From NCBI GenBank assembly GCA_950097015.1, contig CATNEN010000039.1:3720001-3784000 (forward strand): DNA of 64,000 bases. Direction: 5' to 3'. How positions within the stretch are numbered: position 1 is the first letter of the stretch; each line of letters opens with the position of its first letter. Origin of the DNA: Macrostomum hystrix (taxonomy: Eukaryota > Animalia > Platyhelminthes). The position numbers and the translations under genes were made by a program. Positions 25,801 to 38,341 of the stretch are shown here, one piece after another. The notes below the pieces were generated by a model. It was not told the origin of the DNA, searched no databases, and saw only the letters and a list, made by a program, of their open reading frames with translations.

Positions 25801-26322
25801 TTAAGGATTGACGGATTCAGTTAAGGATTGACGGATTCAGTTGAGGATTGACGGATTCAGTTAAGGATTGACGGATTCAGTTGAGGATTGACGGATTCAG
25901 TTAAGGATTGACGGATTCAGTTGAGGATTGACGGATTCAGTTGAGGATTGACGGATTCAGTTAAGGATTGACGGATTCAGTTAAGGATTGACGGATTCAG
26001 TTAAGGATTGACGGATTCAGTTAAGGATTGACGGATTCAGTTAAGGATTGACGGATTCAGTTAAGGATTGACGGATTCAGTTAAGGATTGACGGATTCAG
26101 TTGAGGATTGACGGATTCAGTTGAGGATTGACGGATTCAGTTGAGGATTGACGGATTCAGTTAAGGATTGACGGATTCAGTTAAGGATTGACGGATTCAG
26201 TTGAGGATTGACGGATTCAGTTAATGATTGACGGATTCAGTTAAGGATTGACGGATTCAGTTAAGGATTGACGGATTCAGTTGAGGATTGACGGATTCAG
26301 TTAAGGATTGACGGATTCAGTT
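22804..26322. repeat. 3.5-kb array of a 20-bp unit (ggattgacggattcagttaa)
   Basis: About 175 highly homogeneous copies upstream of the CAMTA ATG, probably in a 5'-UTR intron. Confidence 0.97.
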
Positions 26323-26602
26323 GACGATAATATCAAATATTTATTCAAAGTTTCCAGCTTCGGCCGCCAGTTTGCTGGAGTCCCTCCATACGGAGCTCCT
26401 GATTGGCTGACGGCACCGGGCGTTTGTGATCGCGCTCGCTCACTGACTGAGATTCTGCAGCCACCAGCCAACCGAGAAGCAGCTGGGAATTTCAACTCTG
26501 GCTACTTAAACCATGCCCCGCAGTCCTTAGTCTTTGCTGCGCTCCTGGGCTGAGTTTCGGTGGCGTGCCGCTCGCTCTCCTAATCTCTCAACTAAATTCA
26601 AC

Positions 26603-29600
26603 ATGTCCACAATCTGCCTGGAAGATCTGCCCCGCCTGACACACTGCCCCCGACTGAAGCTGTGCTGGCTGACTCGGCTGGAAATCGCCAGCACCCTGCT
26701 GACCGCGGCAGGAGTGTGCGATAGCGGCATTAACACCAGCGACTGGGTCACCAGGTGTTTGAGAGTGCGGCCTAGCAACGGATCGGTGAGCTCGCTATAA
26801 CCGTACCCGGAACCCCGCCTGTCACTAGGCACTTTCCCTGGATTCCTAATGTCACTAGGCACTTTCCCTGGATCCATAATGTCACTAGACACTTTCCCTG
26901 GATCCCTAATGTCACTAGACACTTTCCCTAGATCCCTAATGTCACTAGACACTTTCTCTAGATCCCTAATGTCACTAGACACTTTCCCTGGTTACCTAAT
27001 GTCACTAGACACTTTCCCTAGATCCCTAATGTCACTAGGCACTTTCCCTGGATCCCTAATGTCACTAGACACTTTCCCTGGATACCTAATGTCACTAGAC
27101 ACTTTCCCTGGATCCCTAATGTCACTAGACACTTTCCCTGGATCCCTAATGTCACTAGACACTTTCCCTGGATACCTAATGTCACTAGACACTTTCCCTG
27201 GATCCCTAATGTCACTAGACACTTTCCCTGGATCCCTAATGTCACTAGACACTTTCCCTAGATCCCTAATGTCACTAGACACTTTCCCCAGATCCCTAAT
27301 GTCACTAGACACTTTCCCTGGATACTTAATGTCACTAGACACTTTCCCTGGATCCCTAATGTCACTAGACACTTTCCCTGGATCCCTAATGTCACTAGAC
27401 ACTTTCCCTGGATCCCTAATGTCACTAGACACTTTCCCTGGATCCCTAATGTCACTAGACACTTTCCCTAGATCCCTAATGTCACTAGACACTTTCCCTA
27501 GATCCTTAATGTCACTAGACACTTTCCCTAGATCCCTAATGTCACTAGACACTTTCCCTGGATCCCTAATGTCACTAGGCACTTTTCCTGGATCCCTAGT
27601 GTCACTAGACACTTTCCTGGATCCCTAATGTCACTAGGCACTTTCCCTAGATCTCTAATGTCACATGCCTGTCACCCGAACAAATTTGGTTTATCTAAAG
27701 CAGACCCCGAACGATCCCGTAACCCATTCCTGCTCAGGTGATCATCTACCCGGCCAGCCTGGCTCGCATAGCTGCCGCAGCCGACGGTTACACCTGGCAG
27801 TCCGCCAACAGTCGCCGGCCTCGCTGCACAGAAGGCAGGGTGTCGTTGAAAATTCGTGGCCAAGAGGTGATCAGCGCCTTCTACACCAGCGCCGCCTTAT
27901 TGCCAACATTTCAACGGCGCGAGTATCGCCTTCAACAGCTGCCGGATCTGGTACTGTTTCACTATCTAAATGCACCGAAGTTCACGCGCGAAGACCGGCT
28001 TTGCCTGCCGCTGCCTTCGGTGCCGCCTGACCGCCTGGATCGCCTGACGCCTGAGGAGATCCGCTCAGAGATCGCCCCAATGCTGGAGAATTTCGTCACC
28101 CGCCTGAATCCGCACAGCTCCTCCTCCGCCAGCGACTGCAACGCCGAGGCGTTCGCGTCTCTTCTCTGCGCCACCGTCATGGCCGTGAAGGCCAACGCCC
28201 CCCTGCCCTGCCTGTCGGACGATTCGCCCTTCGTCCTGTCGCTGAGCGCCAACAGCTCCAGGCCGCTGGCCCAGACCTCCCCAATCAGACGGCTGGCACC
28301 GGCCGCTGAGAAAAGGCTGCACGTGCCCTCGGCGCCTCCGCCGCCTCCCCTGATTATCACCGTGGCCCCGCCGCAGCCGATCGTCAACACCATCTCCGTT
28401 GCCGCCGTGTCCTCTCCGTCGAACGGAGCCACGACTAGCGCCGCGGCCGCCGCAGCTGCCGCCGTCGCTGCCAGTCATCGGTCTGTTGACGACGACGATG
28501 ACAATTTCTATGAGGAGTTTTTCTGTCCTCAATCCGCTGGCGTTCTGCCAGCTGATGGCGGAGATGTCAGCCGAAGCGTGGGTCTGATACCGGATCTGGC
28601 TGACGATTTCGATCTCGAATCCTTGCTAGCCGAGGTCCCACAGGCGGCCCCAGTTGAGCACAATAATCCTAGTTTGAGTCGGCAGCAAAGCAGCAATTGT
28701 GATCTTACCGGCCCCGTCAGCAACTGCTTTGGTGGCGAGGCACCCCCGCCGTTTAAACTGGCGCGCACGATTTCGCCAACCATGCCGCCTCCGCCACCGC
28801 CACCGCCTCCGCAGCCTCAGTGGACAGCAGAATTCGAATTCGCGCCAAGCAGCGTCCCCAGCGAAGGTGGCACCCGCCTGCTGCTTGCCGGGCCCGCCTG
28901 GCAGTCGGCCGCCGAGCATTACACCGTGGCTTTTCATCTGGCAGCCGAGCCAGATGACGAGCTGACTGGCTCCAGAAGCAATCTGGCTGCCGTTGAAGCT
29001 CGCCTACTGCAGCCCGGCGTGCTGACGTGCCAGACTCCGCGCCTGCCGCCCGGCGACAACTGGCAGCTGACTGTGCGGAGCGGCTCCACGGGCAGGCAGC
29101 TCGCTCCGGCTCGATCGCTGCGAATCCTGCCGGCGGCGCCGTCGGCAGCCAGCCTCGGCGCGGCGCTGCTATCATCTACGTCGTCGTCAGCTTTTTCGAA
29201 ACATTCAAAGCCATCAAACATGGGGCAGTCGACGATGCAGCAGCAGCAGCAGCAGGCGGCTGAGGATGAAAACGATCCCGAATTGGACGATACTTGGTTG
29301 GACGCCGAAACTGGTCGGCTCCGCTTGGCCATTGTTGAAAAGCTGCTTTATTTAGAGGCCTCCGTTTTGGCTTCAGCCGGTTCCGCCTCGTCAGATTCCA
29401 ATCCGACGGAGACTGCGGCGTCGGACGTGTTCGAGTTGGCCTGCTGCGCCGCCGTGACGGAGATGGCGTCGCGATCCTGGGCGGCCGATCTGCGCAAGCC
29501 GCTGGCGCCCGGCTATCGGGGCCTTTCCCTGCTGCACCTGGCCGCAGCTCTCGGCTACACCCGCCTGATTGAGGAACTGGCCCGCTGGAGGGACAGATCA

Positions 29601-31612
29601 CCGTCGCTTCTGCTAGACTTAGAAGTTGACGGCCTGCGCATGGACGGCCGGGCCTGCACGCCGCTGTCCTGGTCTGCCGCCAGGGGCCACGCGGCGGCAT
29701 CAGCGCGGCTGATTCGAATGCAGCCGCAGTCGGCGAGAGTCTGCAACGCTTCGGGATTTTTCCCTGCCCAGGAGGCCGAGAGGCGCGGCCACGTCAAGGT
29801 GGCAGCAGAGTTGCGCGCGATCTTTGCGCCGCCCGCTTTTGTTAGACAACAGCAGCAGTGGCGGCTACCACCGTCGGCTACTTCAACTGCGGCTTCGTCA
29901 TCTTCACTCTGCGATATTGAAGAAAGTCAGCAATTGCAGACTGAGCAGGAGCCGCAGCCGGATCGTCCTGAGTCGCCCCTTGTTGATGTCGAAGCCCTGT
30001 CCAGCGACGAGGATAGCGAGCGGAGCAGCGGTGGCGGGCCTGTGAAGCCCACGGACGAGAACCACTCGCACATGGTGTCCCTGGCCAAGCAGATCATCCT
30101 GGCCATGCCGCGCAGGATTAAACTCAGCCCCAGTCCGGACGAGCTGCTTCTAGGAGCATCTGCAGCTACGTCAAGCTTGAACTCCGGTCTGGTCGATCTG
30201 CAGCAGCAGCAGCTGTCTCAGGCTGCCGCAAGACGCGATCGATCCAGCTCACACTCGAGCAGCTCCCTGGGCATCGGCGGTTCAACCGGAGCGCCTTCCA
30301 GTGCGGCAACTTCTGGCGGTGAGGCCTGCTGCGATGGCTGGGAATCGAGATTCACCTGGTCCATTGAGGAAGAACTTTGATACTGCGTATACCAATGTTC
30401 ACTCTCAAATTCATAAAATTCAGGTTCAGTCCCCTTCAGCCCCTGAAAATTCAGGCTGAGCCTTAATAAAAATTTGTAAACTAAGCGCCTAAATCTTTAG
30501 GCTGAGCCACCCAAAATCTGACTGAACGCAAAGAAATATGCAGGCTGAGCCCCCTAAAACATTCAGGCTGAGCCCCCTAAAACATTCAGGCTGAGCCCCC
30601 TAAAACATTCAGGCTGAGCCCCCTAAAACATTCAGGCTGAGCCCCCTAAAACATTCAGGCTGAGCCCCCTAAAACATTCAGGCTGAGCCCCCTAAAACAT
30701 TCAGGCTGAGCCCCCTAAAACATTCAGGCTGAGCCCCCTAAAACATTCAGGCTGAGCCCCCTAAAACATTCAGGCTGAGCCCCCTAAAACATTCAGGCTG
30801 AGCCCCCTAAAACATTCAGGCTGAGCCCCCTAAAACAATCAGGCTGAGCCCCCTAAAACATTCAGGCTGAGCCACCTAAAACATTCAGGCTGAGCCACCT
30901 AAAACATTCAGGCTGAGCCCCCTACCCCATCTGCCTTCCGTCCGCAGCCCGCGAGTCCTCAGCCGGCACCCTGGAAGACTCTGGCGTCTCCGGCTTCAAC
31001 ACGCCCTCGTCGGTCTATCCGTTCCATCACTATCGGGGCGGCCTGGACACGCCGTGCAGCTCGCTCAGCCCGGAGTCCGCCAGCCCCTACAATTTCACGA
31101 TGGACAGCCCAGCGCCAACCACTGAGCAGATAGCCGAGCATTTCAATGCTCCGTCAACCTTCATGGAGCGCGACTTCAGCAATCTGACGCTGAGCGATCT
31201 GGAACAGAAGCGACTGTACGAGGCCGCCAAAACCATCCAGAACTGCTACCGGGCCTACAAGCGGCTGAAGCGGCAGCGCGAGCAGCGACAGTCTCCGCTG
31301 CCTCCGCGCAAGCCGGGCAGTAAAGAGATCGAGGCGGCGGTTATAATCCAGTCCTATTATCGGCGCTGGAAGCAGTACGATTATTACAAGCAGATGTGCC
31401 AGGCCGCGCTGAAGATCCAGTGCCAGTACAGGAGCTATGTTCAACAGCAGAGGTTCAAGCAGCGCTGTCGGCAGACTAACAATGGCGGCGTCGGCGGTGC
31501 GATGCTGCAGCAGAGGCAGCACAGGAATCATTACCAGCCCTACGAGACTCCGCCACACTATCAGCAGCAGCAGCCGCAGCAGCAGCAGTATCCGCCACCT
31601 TCTAGCAAATAA
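26603..31612 (+). CDS. CAMTA: Calmodulin-binding transcription activator (CG-1, TIG, ankyrin, IQ), ~1142 aa; exons 26603-26785, 27738-30318, 30948-31612
   Basis: CG-1: DWVT..RPSNGS|[36 protein letters not shown]: [32 protein letters not shown]. Ankyrin: [27 protein letters not shown] region: [58 protein letters not shown]. Intron phases 0 and 1 are consistent. Confidence 0.92.
26820..27664. repeat. 30-bp minisatellite (gtcactagacactttccctggatccctaat) filling the CAMTA intron that splits the CG-1 domain
   Basis: Tandem copies visible directly. Confidence 0.95.
30541..30922. repeat. 23-bp minisatellite (caggctgagccccctaaaacatt) in a CAMTA intron
   Basis: Tandem copies ending ~25 nt before the acceptor. 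Confidence 0.95.
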
Positions 31613-31715
31613 ATTGCTGTTATCAGAATCTCCTCTGTTGACTGAAATGAATAGTCAGTTTAATTTTCTATTTGAGCCCTTTGAATTCCGAAATTTCTGC
31701 AGGACTGAATAGATT

Positions 31716-32506
31716 GACCTTCTAGAATGACTGTCTGGTAAGTTGGCCTTCTAGAATGACTGTCTGGTAGGTTGGCCTTCTAGAATGACTGTCTGGTAGG
31801 TTGGCCTTCTAGAATGACTGTCTGGTAAGTTGGCCTTCTAGAATGACTGTCTGGTAGGTTGGCCTTCTAGATTGACAGTCTGGTAGGTTGGCCTTCTAGA
31901 ATGACTGTCTGGTAGGTTGGCCTTCTAGAATGACTGTCTGGTAGGTTGGCCTTCTAGAATAACTGTCTGGTAGGTTGGCCTTCTAGAATGACTGTCTGGT
32001 AGGTTGGCCTTCTAGAATGACTGTCTGGTAGGTTGGCCTTCTATAATAACTGTCTGGTAGGTTGGCCTTCTAGAATGACAGTCTGGTAGGTTGGCCTTCT
32101 AGAATGACAGTCTGGTAGGTTGGCCTTCTAGAATAACTGTCTGGTAGGTTGGCCTTCTAGAATGGCAGTCTGGTAGGTTGGCCTTCTAGAATGACTGTCT
32201 GGTAGGTTGGCCTTCTAGATTGACAGTCTGGTAGGTTGGCCTTCTAGAATGACTGTCTGGTAGGTTGGCCTTCTAGAATGACTGTCTGGTAGGTTTGCCT
32301 TCTAGAATGACTGTCTGGTAGGTTGGCCTTCTAGAATGACAGTCTGGTAGGTTGGCCTTCTAGAATGACTGTCTGGTAGGTTGGCCTTCTAGAATGACTG
32401 TCTGGTAGGTTGGCCTTCTAGAATGACTGTCTGGTAGGTTGGCCTTCTAGAATGACTGTCTGGTAGGTTGGCCTTCTAGAATGACTGTCTGGTAGGTTGG
32501 CCTTCT
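31716..32506. repeat. 29-bp minisatellite (ggccttctagaatgactgtctggtaggtt) downstream of the CAMTA stop
   Basis: Tandem copies visible directly. Confidence 0.95.
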
Positions 32507-33502
32507 GCAATGCTGGCACTGCTGCAATGTCGAATTTGTGCCGCAGCCGAATCAGTGTTGTGCCGCAGCTTTTGTTGTTAATTAGTTTCAGTTATCAATT
32601 AATTTCTCGCACGCTGCCGCTGCACTCTGCCGGCCTAGTCTGCACGCGTGTCTTCTGTGTCCCATTGAGTCTCGCAAGCGTATTGTTATTAAGCTTCTTT
32701 ATTGTTAATCTCATTGTGTAAGTTAATCCTTTATTCACTAACCCAGCAACTGCAACCGTGACTGTCAGTTTGCAGCCTAGTGGTCAAATAGCTTTGTAAC
32801 ATGTATGCTTATGAACACTAGCCCGACCTATATTATGTATTTACTATAGCATGTATTATTGTACACTTTTTGCTTTCTAAGAATCCTTACCAGTTGTCAA
32901 AACCCATTTCATCAATCGTGTGTCCAAAATTTTGGTATTATTTTATTACTTAATTCGCAGCTTTTTGCTACCCATTATAATATTTTTTAACTAATTCACG
33001 CAGATATTCAATTTTTATATTTCATAGATGCACTTCAAGTATGGATTATAGATGTTGTGAGTTTTGTGATGTGATGCTTCGGTGTCAGTTCATTTCTGCT
33101 CTCGCTGTGTTACTATGTACATTTTACTCATTTTGCTTGTGATCCTAGAAGCACTTGAAACACGCTTAAATTTATAGTCTTTGTTTATATTATATTATAT
33201 TTTATTATACACTTATTTCTAACCCTGAGTGTGGCAGCTGTGTTCTTGTGTGTTCAATAAGAGCTGCCATATAAGAATGCCCAACAGCAGGAGTTTGGTT
33301 AACAGGCCGGCCTAAAGATTGTCTGTCTCATTGCAAAAAAAATGTTTTTGTCGTAGATAGCTCGTAATGCAAGGGATCGAAATTGTAAAGCAGCAGGAAA
33401 TAAATTATCAAAATATTTTATCCTATTTCATCAGCGTACTCAGCTCGCAACTGTTTGATTCTGTTACATTTCATTTTCCAACAATATTTGAGTTGGTTCA
33501 AC

Positions 33503-34402
33503 CCAGTATGACCGATTCCCACTGTGTCCTGAGCTGTCATCATCCCAGTATGACCGATTCCCAATCTGTCCTGAGCTGTCATCATCCCAGTATGACCGAT
33601 TCCCAATCTGTCCTGAGCTGTCATCATCCCAGTATGACCGATTCCCAATCTGTCCTGAGCTGTCATCATCCCAGTATGACCAATTTCCAACCTGTCCTGA
33701 GCTGTCATCATCCCAGTATGACCGATTCCCAATCTGTCCTGAGCTGTCATCATCCCAGTATGACCGATTCCCAATCTGTCCTGAGCTGTCATCATCCCAG
33801 TATGACCGATTCCCAATCTGTCCTGAGATGTCATCATCCCAGTATGACCAATTTCCAACCTGTCCTGAGATGTCATCATCCCAGTATGACCGATTCCCAA
33901 TCTGTCCTGAGATGTCATCATCCCAGTATGACCAATTTCCAACCTGTCCTGAGCTGTCATCATCCCAGTATGACCGATTCCCAATCTGTCCTTAGATGTC
34001 ATCATCCCAGTATGACCGATTCCCAATTTGTCCTGAGCTGTCATCATCCCAGTATGACCGATTCCCAATCTGTCCTGAGCTGTCATCATCCCAGTATGAC
34101 CGATTCCCAATTTGTCCTGAGCTGTCATCATCCCAGTATGACCGATTCCCAATCTGTCCTGAGATGTCATCATCCCAGTATGACCAATTTCCAACCTGTC
34201 CTGAGCTGTCATCATCCCAGTATGACCGATTCCCAATCTGTCCTGAGATGTCATCATCCCAGTATGACCGATTCCCAATTTGTCCTGAGCTGTCATCGTC
34301 CCAGTATGACCGATTCCCAATTTGTCCTGAGCTGTCATCATCCCAATATGACCAATTTCCAATCTGTCCTGAGCTGTCGTCATCCCAGTTTGACCAATTC
34401 CC
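33503..34402. repeat. 42-bp minisatellite (ccagtatgaccgattcccaatctgtcctgagctgtcatcatc)
   Basis: Tandem copies immediately upstream of ISCA2. Confidence 0.95.
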
Positions 34403-34468
34403 ACTCCGTTATAAGAGAGATGTAACTAAGCCAGTATGACCATAGACTAAGGCAGGTTGGTTGAGTTT

Positions 34469-34999
34469 ATGAGGCTGAAACCAGTTTTTGGTGCGTCATT
34501 GCAGCAGTCTGTGTCAGTCAAAACTGCTCAGCGGTGGCTGCTGCCCCTGCTGAGAGCGCGCCTCGCTGCAGACAGCTTGAAGACGGGCAGATGTCAGCAG
34601 CGTTGGCTTACAGATGCCTCATCAAACAAGCAGCAGCAGCAGCAGCCTCCAATACGCCTGACAGACGAATGCGTGCGTCGACTGGCGGAGTTGCACCGGT
34701 CTCAGGGCAGCAACCTCCGCGTCACTGTTGAAGGCGGTGGCTGCTCCGGTTTCCAGTACAAATTTCTGCTGGACGATGGCAAAGCTACTGACTCCACTAC
34801 GGCCGCCGACTTTTCTATTGAATGTCCTGACGGCAGCGGCGCCAAGGTGCTGATTGACTCAGAGTCTCTGGAACTGCTGCGCGGCTGCACCCTGGATTAT
34901 CAGCGGGAGCTGATTCGCGAGGGCTTCAAGGTGGTCGCCAACCCGCAGGCCGAGAAAGGCTGCAGCTGCGGCTCCTCATTCGCTGTCAGAATGGACTGA
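34469..34999 (+). CDS. ISCA2: Iron-sulfur cluster assembly 2 homolog, mitochondrial (intronless CDS)
   Basis: IRLTDECVRRL, LRVTVEGGGCSGFQYKF, LDYQRELIREGFKVVANPQAEKGCSCGSSF. Basic N-terminal presequence from the ATG at 34469. Confidence 0.93.
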   Translation: MRLKPVFGASLQQSVSVKTAQRWLLPLLRARLAADSLKTGRCQQRWLTDASSNKQQQQQPPIRLTDECVRRLAELHRSQGSNLRVTVEGGGCSGFQYKFLLDDGKATDSTTAADFSIECPDGSGAKVLIDSESLELLRGCTLDYQRELIREGFKVVANPQAEKGCSCGSSFAVRMD

Positions 35000-35537
35000 T
35001 GGGATATGGGATGGGAGACTATCCAGATGGGATTTGGGATGGGAGACTATCCAGATGGGATTTGGGATGGGAGACTATCCAGATGGGATTTGGGATGGGA
35101 GACTATCCAGATGGGATTTGGGATGGGAGACTATCCAGATGGGATTTGGGATGGGAGACTATCCAGATGGGATATGGGATGGGAGACTATCCAGATGGGA
35201 TTTGGGATGGGAGACTATCCAGATGGGATATGGGATGGGAGACTATCCAGATGCGATTTGGGATGGGAGACTATCCAGATGGGATATGGGATGGGAGACT
35301 ATCCAGATGGGATTTCGGATGGGAGACTATCCAGATGGGATTTCGGATGGGAGACTATCCAGATGGGATTTGGGATGGGAGACTATCCAGATGGGATTTC
35401 GGATGGGAGACTATCCAGATGGGATTTCGGATGGGAGACTATCCAGATGGGATTTCGGATGGGAGACTATCCAGATGGGATTTCGGATGGGAGTATGTCC
35501 AGATGGGATTTCGGATAGGAGTATGTCCAGATGGGAT
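34999..35537. repeat. 28-bp minisatellite (gatgggatttgggatgggagactatcca) starting at the ISCA2 stop codon
   Basis: Tandem copies, followed by AATAAA near 35544. Confidence 0.95.
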
Positions 35538-36007
35538 ATAAAAAATAAAATGGGATTTCGCTATTACTGCTTAATTAAGTTTTTGTTACATCGCTCAATG
35601 ACTTTATTCAGAGTTCTGCCTGCCGTATCTCTATCTGTCCACCTCTGCTTGGCAAGGTTTAAATACGAAACTGATAATAGCAAAGTTTGCTTGTCACATT
35701 GTCAACTCTTCAACTTACCTGCTAGCTACAGAGAACAGTTTTGGTTTCTGCAAGAACGTGTTTTGTAAATATAATTCAGCAAAAACTATTCTGAAATTTT
35801 AAAATGTTTGACGACTTTAACTGGGCTTGCTAATTTCCTTATAGCTACAAAATAGAATAATTCTAGGAAGCTTATCAAGTTCTACCTGATATGTGTAGAA
35901 AAATTGATGATTGAGTACATGTATTTCTATCCTTGTTTCAGATTAAATTTTTTTAATCGCATCATCAAAGGCGAAGGATCATCTCAGCTTCAACCTCTTC
36001 AGTTACC

Positions 36008-36699
36008 ATGGCGACCGCAGGCGCCACTGAATTCTCCATTATTGACATTAACGACGAGCAGCCGAAGAAGGGTTATTGCACCGTGTTCCTTAGCGATGGG
36101 GCTGTTAAGAAGAAATCGAAATTTGATTTGCAGCTGACTGACAGGTAAGTGGGCTCGATTGGCGAAGTGGATTATCTATGTGGGAATAGAGTCAGTCACA
36201 GAGGCTCTGCTCAGGGATTATCGATGTGGGAATAGAGTCAGTCACAGAGGCTCTGCTCAGGGATTATCGATGTGGAAATAGAGTCAGTCACAGAGGCTCT
36301 GCTCAGGGATTATCGATGTGGGAATAGAGTCAGTCACAGAGGCTCTGCTCAGGGATTATCTATGTGGAAATAGAGTCAGTCACAGAGGATCTGCTCAGGG
36401 ATTATCTATGTGGAAATAGAGTCAGTCACAGAGGATCTGCTCAGGGATTATCGTGACCACTCGGTGAAGGGATTAATTCAACAGCTGGGCTGAAACTTGC
36501 TCGCAGGTCGGTGCTCGTGAAGGTGCACGCGGAGGCGGACAAGGTGCTGGAGTTCCGCGTGAAGCAGCTGCCCAGCGATATTGTGGTGAGCAGCAGCAAG
36601 CTGAAGCTGGCCGATGGCAAGGCCACCCTCACGCTCAAGAAGAAGGAGGCGAAGAGCTGGGCCGCCTACGTCTCGGATAACCTAGAGAGCGGCGACTAG
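36008..36699 (+). CDS. Small CS (p23/SGT1/CACYBP-like) domain protein, 109 aa; exons 36008-36144 and 36507-36699
   Basis: MATAGATEFSIIDINDEQPKKGYCTVFL..FDLQLTDR|SVLVKV..LEFRVKQLPSDIVVSSSKLKLADGKATLTLKKKEAKSW matches the CS-domain signature L..I....S......(I/L).L.K....W. Phase-2 intron gtaagt..cgcag. Confidence 0.75.
36171..36451. repeat. ~52-bp minisatellite in the CS-protein intron
   Basis: About 5 tandem copies of gggattatcgatgtgggaatagagtcagtcacagaggctctgctca-type units. Confidence 0.9.
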
Positions 36700-37399
36700 C
36701 CCGAACCGCATCCGCGAATTAGCGAACTTCCCTACTTGAAAGTAGGCAGTTGAGCATGTTTAACATGCGTCAATTAGTATCATTTTTATATTATCTCTAC
36801 TAAAACTCCTGACAGTTGTCTCTGGCTATCTCTCAATTGACATGTGTTTAACGCAGCTTCCGTGTCACACGCTTAACTTTTGCTTTTTCTTTAAAAAAAT
36901 GCACAATGTGTCGAAATTTATCCATGATAATAACTGAGTTTTATTGATACTTATTAAAATTCTTCTGAGTTTCAAGCCTTCGAGTCAAATACGATTTAAT
37001 TTCATTGGCTGGGCTTAGTCACGTGCCACGTCCATGGAGTGGGGTTGTTTGCAAGCTAGAATTCTAAAAATAGCAGTGAGTCCAACTTGTATATCCCTTT
37101 GTTTCTGAATAAGAAAATAAGAGAATTCAATCGACTAGACTTGTTGAATTTTGAAGTCGTCGCGATTTAAATCTCTATTTCGAAATTCCAACCGCGATCT
37201 TTATTTGAAGTTTGAGACATCTATTTTAGCAGCGTGTCAAAGTCGCGGGCGCAAAGTTAATAGCCCTTGCGGTCATGTAGGCAAAAATAATACGGTGGAA
37301 AATGTAAAACTAGTAAACTGCAAATATCAAAATCATTCTTTACAGTGGCCATGAAAATCACTCCTATATGACGCAGGGAGGCAGAATATGGCGCTTAAA

Positions 37400-37863
37400 C
37401 TGAGGATCTGGGAGGGATTCAAGTTCCAGCCTGAGGATCTTGGAGGGATTCAAGTCCCAGCCTGAGGATCTTGGAGGGATTCAAGTTCCAGCCTGAGGAT
37501 CTTGGAGGGATTCAAGTCCCAGCCTGAGGATCTTGGAGGGATTCAAGTCCCAGCCTGAGGATCTGGGAGGGATTCAAGTCCAAGCCTGAGGTTCTGGGAG
37601 GGATTCAAGTCACAGCCTGAGGATCTTGGAGGGATTCAAGTCACAGCCTGAGGATCTTGGAGGGATTCAAGTCACAGCCTGAGGATCTTGGAGGGATTCA
37701 AGTCACAGCCTGAGGATCTTAGAGGGATTCAAGTCACAGCCTGAGGATCTGGGAGGGATTCAAGTCACAGCCTGAGGATCTTGGAGGGATTCAAGTCATA
37801 GCCTGAGGATCTGGGAGGGATTCAAGTCACAGCCTGAGGATCTGGGAGGGATTCAAGTCACAG
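37400..37863. repeat. ~30-bp minisatellite (cctgaggatctgggagggattcaagtcacag)
   Basis: Tandem copies visible directly. Confidence 0.95.
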
Positions 37864-38341
37864 TCAGGGCAATCTTCATTAGTGGGTTCGCCACTGTAAA
37901 TAATTTCAGCACAAAAAAGACATTTTGAGAAATGTACTTAAAAGGTTAGTTCAAAAATGTCAATCGCATTGTTTTCAAAGCGCCGTAAAAGCCGGAAAAT
38001 CAATCAAGGAAAAATTGATGACTGCTTACAAACAGTCGCTGCTGTATTTTCATATCAATCAAGGACTGATGTCGGCTGTATTGATATGAAAACACGATCA
38101 GAACGAAGAAAAAAAAGTGCTGAAAAAATCGAGAATGAACAGTCACAGCAAATGCAGGGTTTTGTGATCGAAAAAAGCAAAAAATAAATCCTGTGAAATT
38201 GTTAATGAGTTACCCTAGAATGAGAAAATAGAAAAATGTTTTCTTTGGAAAGTGTCTTAAGAAAGAATGGAATCCAAAATACTGGAGCTGTTTCGAATCC
38301 GAAATTAATGCTTTAAAAAATTTTCAGATAGTAAAAGCTGT

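Noticed and set aside
22804-26322. Possible CRISPR array or telomeric tract
   Set aside because: Head-to-tail repeats without unique spacers, no cas genes, eukaryotic context, and not TTAGGG-like.
26849-27628. [10 protein letters not shown] and [10 protein letters not shown] repeat ORFs
   Set aside because: They lie in the CAMTA intron; the CG-1 domain is continuous only if this region is spliced out.
33367-35768. Repeat-rich ORFs flanking ISCA2
   Set aside because: Artefacts of the 42-bp and 28-bp arrays.
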